Positions 1-14,636 of a stretch of 64,000 nt of DNA are shown piece by piece. Each line of letters opens with the position of its first letter. Position 1 is the stretch's first letter. The notes beneath the pieces are model-generated. The model was not told the origin of the DNA, ran no database searches, and worked only from the letters and a program-made list of their open reading frames with translations. Made by a program: the position numbers and the translations under genes. The stretch lies in the NCBI GenBank assembly GCA_964016885.1, contig OZ024741.1, positions 252,712,001 to 252,776,000 of the forward strand. The letters are read 5' to 3'. This DNA is from Eledone cirrhosa. Its lineage: Eukaryota.

Positions 1-517
1 GGTGATGGTGGTGATGGTAGCGGTGGTGGTAATGGTGGTGGTGGTGGCGGTGGTGGTAATGGTGGTGGTGATGGTAGTGGTGGTGCCAGGAAGGATTTAA
101 TTATGGAAGTAGATGAGTGGTTGAGGGTGGGGGTGTATGTGGAAAAAGGTGGAGGGTGTGTCTACTTCTGTCTTCTCTTCACAGTTCTGATTGATGGATT
201 GGTTATGTCTGGTATTGATTAGAGATGTATGTCTTAATTCATTCATCATTGATGTCAAGGTTCCTTGTCTCACTTCAACACTAGGAACAGCAGCTGCTAC
301 ACTAACAATGCCACCAATAATACCGTAACCATCATCATCAACACCATCATAATTACTATCACCATTATTACCATCATCAGCATCCACAAAAATTCTCACC
401 TGCATTATCCCTGTCTTCATAGTGACAAACACCACCATCACCATCATAACACAATGAACATGATGATCAAGATTATTAGCATCATCCTAATCATCATCAT
501 CATCACCAACAATCACC

Positions 518-2270
518 ACCGCCGCCGCCACCACCACCACTACCTACCGCCACCATCTACAAAACACACTACCACCACCATCAACAACACACCATCAGCA
601 CCACTGCCATCACCACCGCCACTACCACCACCATCAACAACACACCATCACCACCGCCACCGCCACCACCACCACCACTACTACCACCACCATCAACAAC
701 ACACTACCACCACCACCACTACTGCCACCATCAACAACACACTACCACCACCATCAACAACACACCATCAGCACCACCACCACCACCACCACCACTACCA
801 CCACCATCAACAACACACCATCACCAACGCCACCACCACCACTACCACCACCATCAACAACACACCATCACCACCACCACCACCACCATCAACAACACAC
901 CATCAGCACCACCACCACTACCACCACCATCACCAACGCCACCACCACCACTACCGCCACCATCAACAACACACTACCACCACCATCAACAACACACCAT
1001 CAGCAGCACCACCACCACCACCACTACCATCAACAACACACCATCACCACCGCCACCACCACCACCACTAGCACCACCATCAACAACACACTACCACCAC
1101 CATCAACAACACACCATCAGCAGCACCACCACCACCACTACTGCCACCATCAACAACATACCATCAGCACCACCACCACCATCAACAACATACCATCAGC
1201 ACCACCACCAACAGCACTACCACTACCACCACCATCAACAACATACCATCAGCACCACCATCAACAACATACCATCAGCACCATCAACAACATACCGTCA
1301 GCATCATCAACAACAAACCAGCAGCACCACCACCACCACTGCCGCCACCATCAACAACATACCATCAACAACATACCATCAGCACCACCACTACCGCCAC
1401 CATCAACAACATACCATCAGCACCACCACTACCGCCACCATCAACAACATACCATCAGCACCAACACTACCGCCACCATCAACAACATACCATCAGCACC
1501 ACCACCACCACTACCGCCACCATCAACAACATACCATCAGCACCACCACTACCGCCACCATCAACAACATACCATCAGCACCACCACTACCGCCACCATC
1601 AACAACATACCATCAGCACTACCGCCACCATCAACAACATACCATCAGCACCACCACTACCGCCACCATCAACAACATACCATCAGCACCACCACTACCA
1701 CCACCATCAGCACCACCACTACCACCACCATCAGCACCACCACTACCGCCACCATCAACAACATACCATCAGCACCACTACCGCCACCATCAACAACATA
1801 CCATCAGCACCACCACTACCGCCACCATCAACAACATACCATCAGCACCACCACTACCGCCACCATCAACAACATACCATCAGCACCACCACTACCGCCA
1901 CCATCAACAACATACCATCAGCACCACCACTACTGCCACCATCAACAACATACCATCAACACCGCCACCATCAACAACACACTACCACCACCATCAACAA
2001 CACACCATCAACACCACCAGCACCACCGCCACCCTACCACCATCGCCACCATCATACAGTTATCACCATCACCATCAACAACATACCATCAGCACCACCA
2101 CCACCACCACCGCCACCATCAGCACAACCACCACCACCACCACCACCACCACTACCGCCACCATCAACAACACACTACCATCACCATCAACAACATACCA
2201 CCATCACCACCACCACCATCACCACTACCACCACCACTGCCACCATCATACAGTTATCACCACCACCATC
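518..2270. repeat. CAC/CAT/CAA-rich degenerate minisatellite (~39-bp unit in the distal part)
   Basis: Recurrent CACCATCAACAACATACCATCAGCACCACCACTACCGC. Confidence 0.9.
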
Positions 2271-2598
2271 AATGTTATCCACCTCATGATAAATCGGAAA
2301 AGTTAAAAGTTTAAGGCAACAGAAATGTTAACCTTTGCCTTGCCATATTTCTAATGAAAGACACAATCTATGTTGTTATATTTGGGGAGGGTCTTGTCCT
2401 GATATGAGGAAAACATGTATGTATGGTCCAGTAACTCCTGACAGAGTTGTAGGGGCGCTGTATTGACATACAGCATTTCTTGGCCATTTTAAGCCTAGCG
2501 GAGCCCATCCTTCTCCAGGTCTGAGTACAGAAGATTTCTTCCAGAGAATGATAGAAAGTGAGAGAGAGGAAATGAGAAAGAGATATAGAGGAAGAATC

Positions 2599-2753
2599 AA
2601 CCCCAGTACTAGACTGGTACTTTTTTTATTGACCTTAAATGGATGAAAGGCAAAGTTGACCTCGATGGGATTTGAACTTAGAGAGCAGAGAGTCAGAATG
2701 AACAGCACAAAGTATTCTATTTGACATTCTAACACCTCTGCCAATTCGCTGCT
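2599..2753 (-). mobile_element. SINE family A, diverged copy
   Basis: GGATGAAAGGCAAAGTTGACCTCGATGGGATTTGAACT on the plus strand is the core plus B-box reversed. Confidence 0.7.
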
Positions 2754-3574
2754 GATAGGACAACATGACCTTCCCAAAATATAACAATATCTGTTTCAAC
2801 ACACAATTTTATACCAAAAAACCTTGCAAAACAAAAACACCGCCACACTAGCAATGACATTTATACAATTTTGAAAGTAATCAAGAATTTAGATGGATTT
2901 AGTAATATAATTCTCTTTTTATTATTGATGCTCAGAACAGAACTTAAAGGTTCTTCAATAAAAGGATGAAAGGTTTTTAAATAATTGTAAATACTTAAAA
3001 ACAGTTTTGTGTTGTAGAACCAGAAGTAGCTATAGGCAATTTGGTATCCAAAGATTTTTTATACTTTAAAACAAACAGTTTTGATTTGTAGAACTAGGAG
3101 TGGTTCCAAGAAGTTTGGTATCAAAAAGGTTAAAAACTTGAGAGAGAATTATTTTATCCATTTGTTCCTTATCTGAGAGAAAGACAGAAAGAGAGATGGC
3201 CAAGAAGTATTGACCCCAGTACTTGATTGGGTCTGAATTTATTGAACCCCAAAGAAATAAATTGCAGTGGAACTTGAGCTCAGAGCCCAGACGATTAGAA
3301 TGGAAATGTTAAGGCTTTATATAATGGTTCATATTCCTACAGCATTGCATCAATGTTTCAGTAAAGCAACCTTTTAACTAAGTCTAACCCCTCTGTTGAA
3401 GCTTAATGAACATACAATTTTCTGAAACATTGTCAACGGGCTGTAAGTATATGAATAAATCTACTAATACTGTATTACACAGACTATAATGATGACTAGA
3501 TTCTAAACCTTGTATATGTATATACATATATATATCTATGTATATATGTGTGTATGTATGCATTTATATGAATG

Positions 3575-3621
<47 letters not shown>

Positions 3622-3847
3622 ATATATATATATGTATGTATATATATATATGTATCTATATCTATATGTATATATATATGTATGTTTATATATATGTATA
3701 TATATATGTATGTATGTATATATATATATCTGTATGCATGTATATATATGTAAGTATATATATATATATGTATGTGTATATATATATGCCTGTGTGCATA
3801 TATATATGTATGTATGTATAAATATACATATATATATATATATATAT

Positions 3848-3992
3848 AACGAAGGAAATGTGGTAAGGAACCAGGTGGACCATAACGCACCAAAGTACTC
3901 AATACTTGAGGTAGTAGAGTGGGTAATAGGAACCAGTAAGACCCCGACAGCTGAGCTCAAGCCGTTTCGACGGCTAATTCTGGACTTTTTCC
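3848..3992. mobile_element. Short unclassified interspersed repeat found inside (TA)n
   Basis: GAAGGAAATGTGGTAAGGAACCAGGTGGACCATAACGCACCAAAGTACTC... also occurs at 14633-14781 (rearranged), 56131-56228 and, in part, 47983-48025. Confidence 0.8.
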
Positions 3993-4130
3993 TATATATA
4001 TATATATATATATATGTGTGTATATATATATGTGTGTGTGTATATATATATATATGTGTGTGTGTATGTATATATGTATGTGTGTATATATATATATGTG
4101 TGTGTGTATGTATATATATATGTGTGTGTG

Positions 4131-4175
<45 letters not shown>

Positions 4176-4512
4176 ACAGATATCTCTAATAAAAGTAGTC
4201 AGAATTTCCCTACACATTGTCATTAAATATCTAATGCTACCTTCATTCAGCTGGCCAGACACATTTATCATAAATGTCTTTTCTATATCGCTATACTTCT
4301 ATGGCTTCTAATGAAATCAGAATTGTATTCGTCTGGATTTTTATACAACAGTGTATGTATGTGTAACTGTGTATATGTATGTGGTTTTGCATGTTTGTGT
4401 CAATGCAATAAAAATATATATATACTCAAATACGCCTGTGTGTGTGTGTGTCTCTCTCTCTCTCTATATATATATATATACGTATATATATATGTGTATA
4501 TATATATATATG

Positions 4513-4569
<57 letters not shown>

Positions 4570-4657
4570 GTATGTATATATACTTTCTTGTTTAATAACA
4601 GCAATGATGGTTATTTTGGCTTCTCTTCTAATTAACATTTTATATTTAAACATCTAT

Positions 4658-4699
<42 letters not shown>

Positions 4700-4774
4700 T
4701 AGTACCCAAACTCTTAAAACCATTATATATATATATAGATATTATTTATTACCAAAACCCATAAAACCATTGTT

Positions 4775-4860
<86 letters not shown>

Positions 4861-4999
4861 TATACATATATATATATATTATATATATATATATTATATA
4901 TATAATTATATATAATTATATATATATATGTATATAAAGTGAGTGAACATGTATGTGTATATATGTATATACACATACATGTTCACTCACTTTACATCA

Positions 5000-5215
5000 G
5001 GATGATGCTACCTTACCAGCAGCATATCAACATGCCAGCACAACTACTTCATGTCTAAGCATCTGATGATGTCACATGGTGCCTATTAATGATATAACCA
5101 TTGCATGATTACAAACCACCATGTTATTGAAATACGTATTATGCACTAAAACAATTATGTCAACGTAAGATCTGTCTTGACAGTCTATAATTGCCAAAAC
5201 TCTTTATACTAAGCT
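5000..5215 (+). repeat. Unclassified dispersed repeat, second copy at ~9268-9485
   Basis: CTACCTTACCAGCAGCATATCAACA...GCATGATTAC...TTGAAATA.GTATTATGCA.TAAAACAA present in both. Confidence 0.75.
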
Positions 5216-5737
5216 CATTGTTTTTATGTCGTTACAGGTGGAAAAACAGAAGAGATGTTCTTAAGACTAGAAAGAAGACAAACACATATAAACCAGAGCA
5301 TATCCAGCAAAAAAGAATAATAGAATAGTATTTCTAGTACATTTATTGCTTCACAATTGTTTCAATATCACATCTGATTATTACATATTCAGGCAAAAGT
5401 AATACAAGAAGAAGATTGAATAAAGTTGTGTATAAAATTGTTTATAAAGAGCTACAATATATCACCAGAAGAAAATCTATGTAAAACAAAAAAAAAAAAC
5501 ACTGAAAATTCAAGCCCTATAGGCAAGATGCAGGCCAATAGAGATAACATTTCTATATGAAATACTAGTAGCATGAATATATATTATTCAGTATCTGGAT
5601 CTATACACCCTCTAGGTGTTTTAATTCAATTTTAAAATATTTATGATACAGCCATATTTGCATAGTCCTTCCACTATTTCCTCTGGTTATCTCCCCTTTC
5701 CTTGAACAGTTCCTCAAGTCTTGCCAGAATGGGTAGA

Positions 5738-5925
5738 GCAGGAGATTAATGCTATTGCAGTATTTGTTCTGGATCTTTACATTCTAAGTCGAGCCACAGT
5801 CAACTTTGGCTTTTATCCTTTCAGGATCACTAAAATAAAGTACAAATCAAGTACTGGGGTTGATTGAAACTACTTTGCCCATCCCCAAGTATGCTGGCCT
5901 TGTGTCTAAATTAGAAATCAATATT
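5738..5925 (+). mobile_element. SINE family A, diverged copy
   Basis: GGCTTTTATCCTTTCAGGATCACTAAAATAAAGTAC...GCTGGCCTTGTGTCTAAATTAGAAA. Confidence 0.65.
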
Positions 5926-6249
5926 ACCCTCTGTTATTCCTTTAATTATCTCCTTTTTTCCAAGGAGAATAATTTGATTCTGACACTTGAGATATTTCTA
6001 TATATTTATTTCTCTGATTATCTCCCCTTTCCTTAAACCGTTATGGAATTCTACCACCAGGGATATTTCTCATTTATATCTGCTACAAATTTCAACTAAC
6101 TTTTACTCCATTAAGATAATGCCCCATACAAAATTGGTCCTGTAGATATTGCAGGAACATGAATCATTGAACAATATTTATCCATTCATTTTTGTTCAAT
6201 ATGTAAAAGATAATTCTTCTGTAATGTTCACTTTCATTTCTTCTAAATA

Positions 6250-6472
6250 TAATGATTTCAACCATAGGCACAAGGCCAGCAATTTAGAGGGAGGGGAGAG
6301 TTGAATACATTGACCCCAGTACATTACTGGTGCTTTATTTATTTTTTACCCCGTAAGGATGAAAGGCAAAGTTAACCTTGGTGGGATTTGAACTCAGAGC
6401 GTAAAGGGCCGCAACTCCATGTCGCAAAGCATGGAATTCAACACTCTACTGATACTGCCAATCTGCCACCCT
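6250..6472 (-). mobile_element. SINE family A copy
   Basis: Reverse complement of the head, B-box, core and tail. Confidence 0.8.
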
Positions 6473-6611
6473 TCTAAATATAATAAAAACATTTTACATG
6501 TAAAGAGTGAGAACTAGGCAGTAAATTAGTTGAGTCAGTAGAGCATCAAATTAAATGCTTCACAATATTTGTTCTCTGTATTCTGTTGAAGTGTCTATTG
6601 CTTTCCATTAG

Positions 6612-6812
6612 GTTTGTCACTGAACCTATAGCGGAGGAGACTTCTGGTATTGTTGGTCTCCAAGCCACTTCCCTACTCATCTGGACAAAGTTTGCGACAT
6701 GCAGGAGTGAACCACAGAAGATGGAAGAGTTACTTCAACGTGTCTCACTCTGGATTAATGTTTTCTCTTTTCTGTCCTCTGTGACCATAATTTGACATGC
6801 ATCTTGGTTTCA
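6612..6812 (+). other. Candidate non-coding exon
   Basis: CTTTCCATTAG acceptor and GTAAGT donor flank higher-complexity sequence; all three frames contain a stop. Confidence 0.25.
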
Positions 6813-7960
6813 GTAAGTCAAAGAGCACTCTATCACATTGTCCAGGCATATATCATTGTGGTAGCAATGGTGGGGATCTGTGTATTATTCTTAGTTTTAT
6901 TTGTATTATTTATATTATGGTTATTCCACACTTACACATACACATGAATAAACTGACACATTGGGGAGACACACAAGGATATAAGACCAGGTCATAAGTT
7001 TGAATCAGAAAAATAAGATACAATCCTACTTTCTTTTCAATATTTTGATGATAAATATGCATCTCATAAACCTCGCTTGTCATTCCTTCCAAGTCAATAA
7101 ATAAAAATACTAATCCAGGAGAAATGGGTTGGCAGAATTGTTAGAATGTTGTTTGAGTTATTTTGCAGTATCTATTCTGGTTGTTTGTATTCAGAGTTCA
7201 TATTCTACAAATGCAGAAAGTAATGGCAACCTACTATGTTTATTCTATTGCTTACACATAAAAATGGCTGTCCCCAAAATGACATTATGCTGCCGGGAGA
7301 GAAGCTATGCTCTGGAAAAATGTATTATTATTATTATTATTATTATTATTGTTATTGTTATTATTATTGTTATTGTTATTGTTGTTGTTGTTGTCATTAG
7401 TAGTAGTAGTAGTAGTAGAAGATGAAGAACACGGAGGATGAGGAGGGACCATTTTCTGTTCAGTTTAATAAGGAAAAAAAAATGTGGAAAAACTGATATT
7501 TATTTGCCTCTAGAAATGTTCTTCAAATATTCGTTTATTTCTTTAAGTGGCAGGCATGTAAGTATTCCTTAAACATATGTTGGACGTTCATGTGCTGGAA
7601 GGCAGAACAATCCTTACACCAATGCTCGAGGTTGGAAAAACTAAGTATATTGTTTACTATGAAGCCATTTGCAGAAAGAAATGTTTGTGTGTTTTGCCAG
7701 ATGTAATAGTTTTTTTGTTTTTTTTCATATAGCAGAATATTTCTGTTACAACGAATATAAACAATTAAAAAAAAAACCAAATACATTTATGCAGAACTCA
7801 CATGATTAGTTTCCTAGAAATTGAGCCAACGTTTTCCTGAGCAATGCCTGGTATCCTTTTATATATATATTATATTAATTGTGTAGATATTATCTACATG
7901 ATTATATTTTTTAATTTACACATATATACACACAAATATATACATGTGTGTGTGTGTATA

Positions 7961-8578
7961 GTAATAATGGTTTCTTATACAGACACAAGGCCAGCAATTT
8001 TGCGAGAGGGGAAAGTCGATGAAATCTACCCCAGTGCATTACTGGTACTTTATTTTATCAACCCCGTAAGGATGAAAGGCAAAGTTAACCTTGACGGGAT
8101 TTGAACTCAGATCATAAAGAGCCATAACTCTATGCTACAAAGCATAGCGTCTGACCCTCTACCAATACTGCCAATCCACCGCCCCTGTGAATAGTAATAA
8201 TTGTCTCTACTTTAGGCACAAGGCCAGCAATTACCCAGTGCATTACTGGTACTTTATTTTATCGACCCCGTAAGGATGAAAGGCAAAGTTAACCTTGGCA
8301 GGATTTGAACTCAGATCTTAAAGAGCCATAACTCAATGCTGCAAAGCATAGCGTCTGACCCTCTACCGATACTGCCAATCCACCGCCCTATACTTGAATA
8401 AATAATTGTCTCTACTTTAGGCACAAGGCCAGCAATTACTGGTACTTTATTTTATCGACCCCGTAAGGATGAAAGGCAAAGTTAACCTCGGCGGGATTTG
8501 AACTCAGACCGTAAAGGGACGTAACTATGCTGGAAAGCATGGCGTCCGACCCTCTACTGATACTGCCAATCCACCGCC
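7961..8578 (-). mobile_element. Three head-to-tail SINE family A copies
   Basis: Copies at ~7961-8185, 8194-8388 and 8401-8578, each ending GCCAATCCACCGCCC on the plus strand (the SINE 5' end). Confidence 0.85.
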
Positions 8579-8749
8579 CTGTGTATAGTAATAATAAATG
8601 TGAAAACCAAAATCCAAAGAGGGCTTGAGTTTCAGAATATCCCATAAAAGGGTGAAAGCAGCAATTCTTTGCTTAAACTTTAATCTGTACATATAATATA
8701 TAGTTGTGAGAAAAAGTACACAATACTGGAGTAGAATTTAAATATTCAT

Positions 8750-8870
8750 TTTATTAAGACTAAACAGTGAGTCTTGTTACTCTGGAGTTTCACCTGTTTG
8801 TCACAGGGTCATCAGACAGTGATAAATAGTTGAAACTCCGGGGTAACAAGTTTCATTAGTCAACCTTAAT
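8750..8870 (-). mobile_element. Fold-back relic containing a degenerate hammerhead
   Basis: Minus strand CTGATGA-C-CCTG(tgacaaa)CAGG-T-GAAACTCCAGAGTA-ACAAG (8773-8815), immediately followed by an inverted partial copy (TGAAACTCCGGGGTAACAAG, 8831-8850). Confidence 0.6.
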
Positions 8871-8985
8871 AACATATATGTATATGTGTGTATGTGTGCG
8901 CATGTGTGCGCGTGTGTATTTGTATTTGCATATCTAATATAGGGAGCTGGAGATGTGAATTATTTGGTCATATACTGCTCTTTAA

Positions 8986-9216
8986 CCCTTTAGCATCTAT
9001 ATTATTCTATATTTACTATTGTATTTTTATGGTAAACACTTAATTTCACATAATCATCTCACATAATATTAAGTCTATGAGGTTTTGATATTATTTATTT
9101 TGATAACAATACCTTACCATAAGTATGAGCAGTTGGTTATAGTGGGTTACAGCTAGTTTGAACAGAAAGACGGGAGAGAATTCTAGCTGGATATGGACTG
9201 TTTAAGCGTTAAAGGA
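8986..9216. mobile_element. TTAA-flanked piggyBac-type MITE
   Basis: TTAA|CCCTTTAGCAT ... GCGTTAAAGGA|TTAA: imperfect TIRs with a TTAA duplication. Confidence 0.65.
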
Positions 9217-9499
9217 TTAAAGTAGTAGTACATATTACACCAGTAAAACGAGTGAACATATTTCCATGATGGTACTACCTTACCAGCAGCATATCAACAT
9301 ACCAGCATAACTACCTCACATGATTATGTTAGCATCTGATAATTACACATGGGTGCCCATTAATGATGCAACCGTTGCATGATTACTAACCACTATGTCA
9401 TTGAAATATGTATTATGCAATAAAACAAGTATTTATATGTAACTGCTACCTTGACACTGTTTCATAAATAGAAACTCTGTTGAGCTTAATCACCACCAT

Positions 9500-10300
9500 A
9501 ATGCTGGAGATATGGTGTTACTTAACACAAGAGAAGGTGATCTCCAACTTGCACTCGAAAGGTTTGATGGTGAGTGCTGCATGTCTGGAATAAAAATCAG
9601 TGCTGTGAAAACTGAGACACTTGTCCTCTCAAGGAAGCTTGCGCAGTGCACTCTACATGTAAGCAGGTAGAGAATTTCAGGTATCTCCAGGCTGTGTTCA
9701 CAAGTAATGGAAGGCAGGAGGCTGAATTAAGTGGAAGAATTGCAGGAGCTAGTGCATTAATGCACTAGCTTTAGCATTCAGTAATCAGAAAAAGGGAAGT
9801 ATATGTAAAAGCCAAACTTGCTATCTTTAATTCGGCATTTGCGCCAACTCTTACCTATGGTCATGAATCATGAGTAATGGCCGAAAGAATACGTTCGCAA
9901 ATACAAGTGGCCGAAGGGTCTTTGGAGTAATGTTACTCAATAGAATGCGTAGCTTGGAGATCAGAGAGTCACTTTAAGTAGAGCTGCTACATCTCTGAAT
10001 TGAGAGATCACAGCTCTGATACTATGGGCTTGTGGTTAGAATGTCTCAGGAAAGAATCGCTGGACAGATTTTACGGGCAGGACCAATTGACAAGAGACCC
10101 AGGGGTAGACACCGAGCAAGATGGTTGGATAACATCTATGAGATTGGCTGGTCTCACGGCCAGATGAGTTGGAGACGGTTGCTTCTGACAGGACCTGGAG
10201 GAAGGAGTTTTTGAAGACTCTGCTCCCTCGACCCTCTCAGGCATAAGTGGGCAAAGAAGAAGAAGAAGAAGAAAAAGAAAAAGAAAAAGAAAAAGAAGAA
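9500..10300 (+). pseudogene. Old 3' fragment of a different RTE-type LINE with a (GAA)n tail
   Basis: Degenerate translation PTLTYGHES..AERIRSQIQ, VVRMSQERIA, KRPRGR..ARW, followed by (GAA)n at ~10255. Confidence 0.75.
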
Positions 10301-10879
10301 GAATATATATATTTTTATATATATATATATACGCTTCCAAACCCATGCAAGCGTGGAACATGGATGTTAAACGATGATGATGATGATGATGATGACGCTG
10401 ATAGATACATAATTATATATGATAATATATAAGCAAAGCTAAAGTAAAGCAAGACATATAACAAAATATAACCAGGCAATATATATTAAAACATCAACAT
10501 ATATATTTATGATCTTGCCTGGAGATCAACAGGTTCCTGATATTCAAGCATACATAAAAGTAAAAATATATAGACAGTTGATAACCTCATCACCAGAAAC
10601 AAAGAGAATGGTCAAAGACTTCTGAGAGCTTATATAGTCTCTGATGTTTTGAAGTATCCAGAAAACATATTTGCTGAATTTTTTGTTAAATATTATACAA
10701 TCTGAAGTATGTTAGTATATATATATAAATATATACATTTTTTTTGCCTATATATATGTGTGTGTATGTGTATGTATCTATATGTGTGTGTATCTATATA
10801 TGTGTGTATATGTATGTATATATATGTATATGTATGTATATATATCTCATGTTGGACAACTCCAGGATGGTTACACTGG

Positions 10880-12682
10880 GGTACATGGTGGGCATGGTTA
10901 CGGCTCAAGGAATGAAGAAGGAGTGAGATTTCTTGAATTTTGTGATGCAAGTACACTGACTATTTGCAACACTAACTTCCAGAAACCTGCCAACCACCTA
11001 GTAACCTAAAAATCAGACGAGGACATAAGCCAGATTGACTTCTTACTAGTTAGGCAGTGGGACAGGCAGATGGTGTCAAATACCAAGGCATACTCTGGGG
11101 AAGAATGTACCCCACAGAATAGGTTAGTCGTTAGTGATATCTCAGTAAGCAAGAGATGGAATGAGACATACAGGAAGGTGTGGAGAAGAAAGGTCTGGAA
11201 ACTAAAAGACCTTTCACTAAAATACAAATTTAGGAAAGCCCTTCAAGATGTGTATAACGAAAAAGAAGACGATTTAGAGACGTATGACATAGATAATAAC
11301 TGGAATTACTTACTGCAGGCTACTGATGAAACATGTGGCTGGAGCAGAGCTCCAACCAGACAGAGAGTGACCTGGTGGTGGAACAGCACAGTAGATAGGT
11401 CCTTTAGAGACAAAAGACTGGCATGGAAGGCTTGGAAAAAGGGTGGGAGTAGAGAAGGATATACAGCGCTACGAGAGAAGCTAGACATCAGGTGTACATA
11501 GCACGCAGGGAGGCTGAAAGTAGAAGGTTTGCCAATGTTCTGCGATGGGAAGATTAGAGGCATGTGGTGTTCCACATTGCAAGGCAGTGTGTCAATGCAA
11601 ATCAGCCCGCTCTTGTTCATTATAGTCCTCCAAGCCATAACAGAGGAGTTTAAGACTGGCTGTCCATGGGAACTTCTCTATGCTGACGATCTGGTTCTTA
11701 TAGCAGAATCAGTAGAGGAGCTAGATAATAAATTCTGGCTATGGAAACAGCAGTTGGAAGCAAGAGGACTGAGAGTGAACCTAGCTAAGACAAAAGTGTT
11801 GATGAGTAGAAAAGAGGACAAAACTCTGATTCCGTCAGGGAAATGGCCATGTTCAATATGCAGAAAAGGAACTGGCATAAATTCTATAAAATGCACACAA
11901 TGCAGATCCTGGGTACTCAAGAGATGTAGCGGGAATGCATGCAAACTAACAGGTAGAGGGAAATACGTATGCAGTAGATGTACAGGGAAATTAGACAGTA
12001 GAAGTCGCATTGATAGACACATTTTTCAAATAAAGGCGGGTGCTATAGAAGTGGTGGATAGCTTCTGGTACCTAGGAGATCAGATTAACATGGGAGGGGG
12101 TGTTCCGAGGCCATAGTATCTAGAATAAGGACGGGTTGGAAGAAGTTTAGGGAGCTGCTTCCTCTGCTGACGAAGAAGGGTTTCTTCCTGTGTACAAAAG
12201 GCCGGTTATATGATGCCTGTGTGAGGAGCGCGATGCTGCATGGTAGTGAGACTTCGGCAGCAACTGCAGAGGATATGCGACGGCTGGAGAGAAATGAGGC
12301 AAGCATGCTCCATTGGATGTGCAATGTCAATGTGCGTGAATGACCCAGCATGGATGTGTTGAGAGAGTAACTGTGTCTGAGATGGATAGAATGTAGTGTC
12401 TTAGAGAGGAGACTCCGGTGGTGTGGACATGTGGTGCGCATGGAGGATGACCGATGGGTGAAGAAGTGCCAAGAAATGCCAGTTGAAGGAAGACGTGGTA
12501 GAGGTAGACCACGAAAAACATGGGTGGAGGTGGTGAGAACAGACCTCAGATCGCTGAAGCTCACGGTGGAGATGACGAAGGACCGTGACAAGTGGAGAGA
12601 TGCTGTGCTGAATAAGACACATCCCACCCTTGCAAACAGGGAAAAGTGGACGTAAAATGATAATGATGATGATGATGATGAT
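10880..12682 (+). pseudogene. Degenerate 5'-truncated RTE LINE related to the intact element, with an ~0.8 kb internal deletion
   Basis: Fragments VHGGHGYGSRNEEG, TWWWN, SPLLFIIVLQAITEEFKTGCPWELLYADDL, PHD-like CSICRKG..., RGRGRPRKTW. The sequence jumps from RQCV to SPLLF at ~11600. In-frame stops and frameshifts; (GAT)n tail. Confidence 0.92.
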
Positions 12683-12734
12683 ATACTTTTTTTACATATA
12701 TATATATATATATGCAAAAAGAAAATAGAAATAA

Positions 12735-12900
12735 TAAAGCAAACAACACAGTACAATAACTACATTAGTTTCATGTTTGATATAGTCAGAAAAGAGTCTT
12801 AACGTTTCAGACGCTAGCCTTTCATCAAAGATAGGATGAGAAATGAAAAATAGAAAGTGAAAAGTTGAAAGAATGGAAATAAAGATTTTTGAGAAAAAAC
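12735..12900 (-). mobile_element. pLTR-like relic with degenerate hammerhead, same family as 59205-59340 and 61560-61780
   Basis: Minus strand TCTT-TGATGA-AAGGCTAGCGTCT-GAAACGTTAAGA (12797-12831), with flanks similar to the 59.2-59.3 kb copy. Confidence 0.65.
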
Positions 12901-13058
12901 ACGTGTGTGATAAGTCAGCCATTTATATATATATACCCCCCCCACACACACACACACACTCTATAAGCATGAACCTAATACCTTTCGTAACTTTTACTCA
13001 TATATATATATATAAGAATGATGTCATGTCACTGTTTATAACAGATGTTGGATGTAGA

Positions 13059-13452
13059 GGCACATGGCTTAGTTGTTAGAGCATTGGGCTTGCAATCGAA
13101 AGGTTCAATTCTCAGACCGGGTGATGTGTTGTTTCCTTGAGCAAGACACTTTATTTCACATTGCTCCAGTTTACTCAGCTGTAGAAATGAGATGATAGGG
13201 ACTAGGATCCATATCATTCCACTGCAAAGTGGTCGTGGAGGTGCCATGGCAAAAAAGCACCCAGCACTCACTGTAAATGAGGTTGGTGTTAGGAAGGGCA
13301 TCCAGCTGTAGAAATCAAGCCAGAAACAGTTCCCGTATGAGCAAGACAAGGTCACCGGACCAGACGCTGCTCAAAACAGGACAACCCGTCTAACCCAAGC
13401 TAGCGTGGAAGAACGGACGTAAAAACGGTGATGATGACGATGATGATGATGA
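13059..13452 (+). mobile_element. tRNA-derived SINE family B with CORE/Meta-like body and RTE-shared 3' tail
   Basis: TGGCTTAGTTG A-box, GGTTCAATTC B-box, CCTTGAGCAAGACACTT core; 13225-13452 closely matches the LINE 3' UTR 35909-36182, including (GAT)n. Confidence 0.85.
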
Positions 13453-14452
13453 TATATATATATATATCAGTATATACAATATATTAACAAATGGAAACTA
13501 TATTTATAAAACCATATTTATTTCATTATACATATTTCAAGGGCCACCAACGCAGATTATGGTGCACTTTCATAAGATAAAATATAATATAGATTAGTTT
13601 TATAAATAAATATTGACATACCCTGAAAAATGCAACCTTCACAGTTGGAGTCTCCTGGAGTCTCTATCAGTATATATATATCAGTCCTGTCAACTCTCCT
13701 CCTCCAAATGGGAGATCTCCCACCCATTTGTGAAAATGGGTATAGATTTCAGTATGTAAAATGTCCCCATTTTGCCTCATTTCTCCCTGTTTTGGGGCAC
13801 TTTTGTCCCGGTATTCCTCGTTTGGGTTTTTAGAGATTGGCAGATCTGATATATATATATATATATATACATATGCGCGTGTGTGTGGATAGATATATGT
13901 ATGTATATATATATATATATATTTATTTCATATAGAAATGACTTCTACGAAACTAGAACTGTTCCGTTCATTTGAAAATCAGAAATGAAACACTTCTAGT
14001 TATGTAGAAACCAATTCTATAGGAAATAAATATGTCCCTTCTCAACTAATATATTAAACACCTTATTTAACTATGGCTCCTTTCCATTCTTCCGCAGAAA
14101 ACTATCTTTAATTATGTATGTATATAAATACACACACACACACAAATATATACACACACACACATACATATATAGATACATACACATATAGATATATACA
14201 CACACACACATATATATATATGTATGTATATATATATATATATTCACACACATACATACACACAATCATATATTTGTATGTATATGTCCATGTATATTTG
14301 TGCCTGTATTATTGTGGCTTCTAATTAGTTGAGTTTCATTAATTACTGTTAAGAGCTTTTACAGTAACTTATTAATTGAATTATTTTTCAGAGAAACTGG
14401 CAGTGTGATAATTTCTCAGAGATCTACTTGATATCTTCTCAGACTATATATT

Positions 14453-14550
<98 letters not shown>

Positions 14551-14551
14551 A

Positions 14552-14636
<85 letters not shown>

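Noticed and set aside
265-1071. His/Pro/Thr-rich 268-aa ORF and similar YIYI, CVCV, poly-L/T/N/G ORFs throughout
   Set aside because: Artefacts of simple repeats lacking stop codons.
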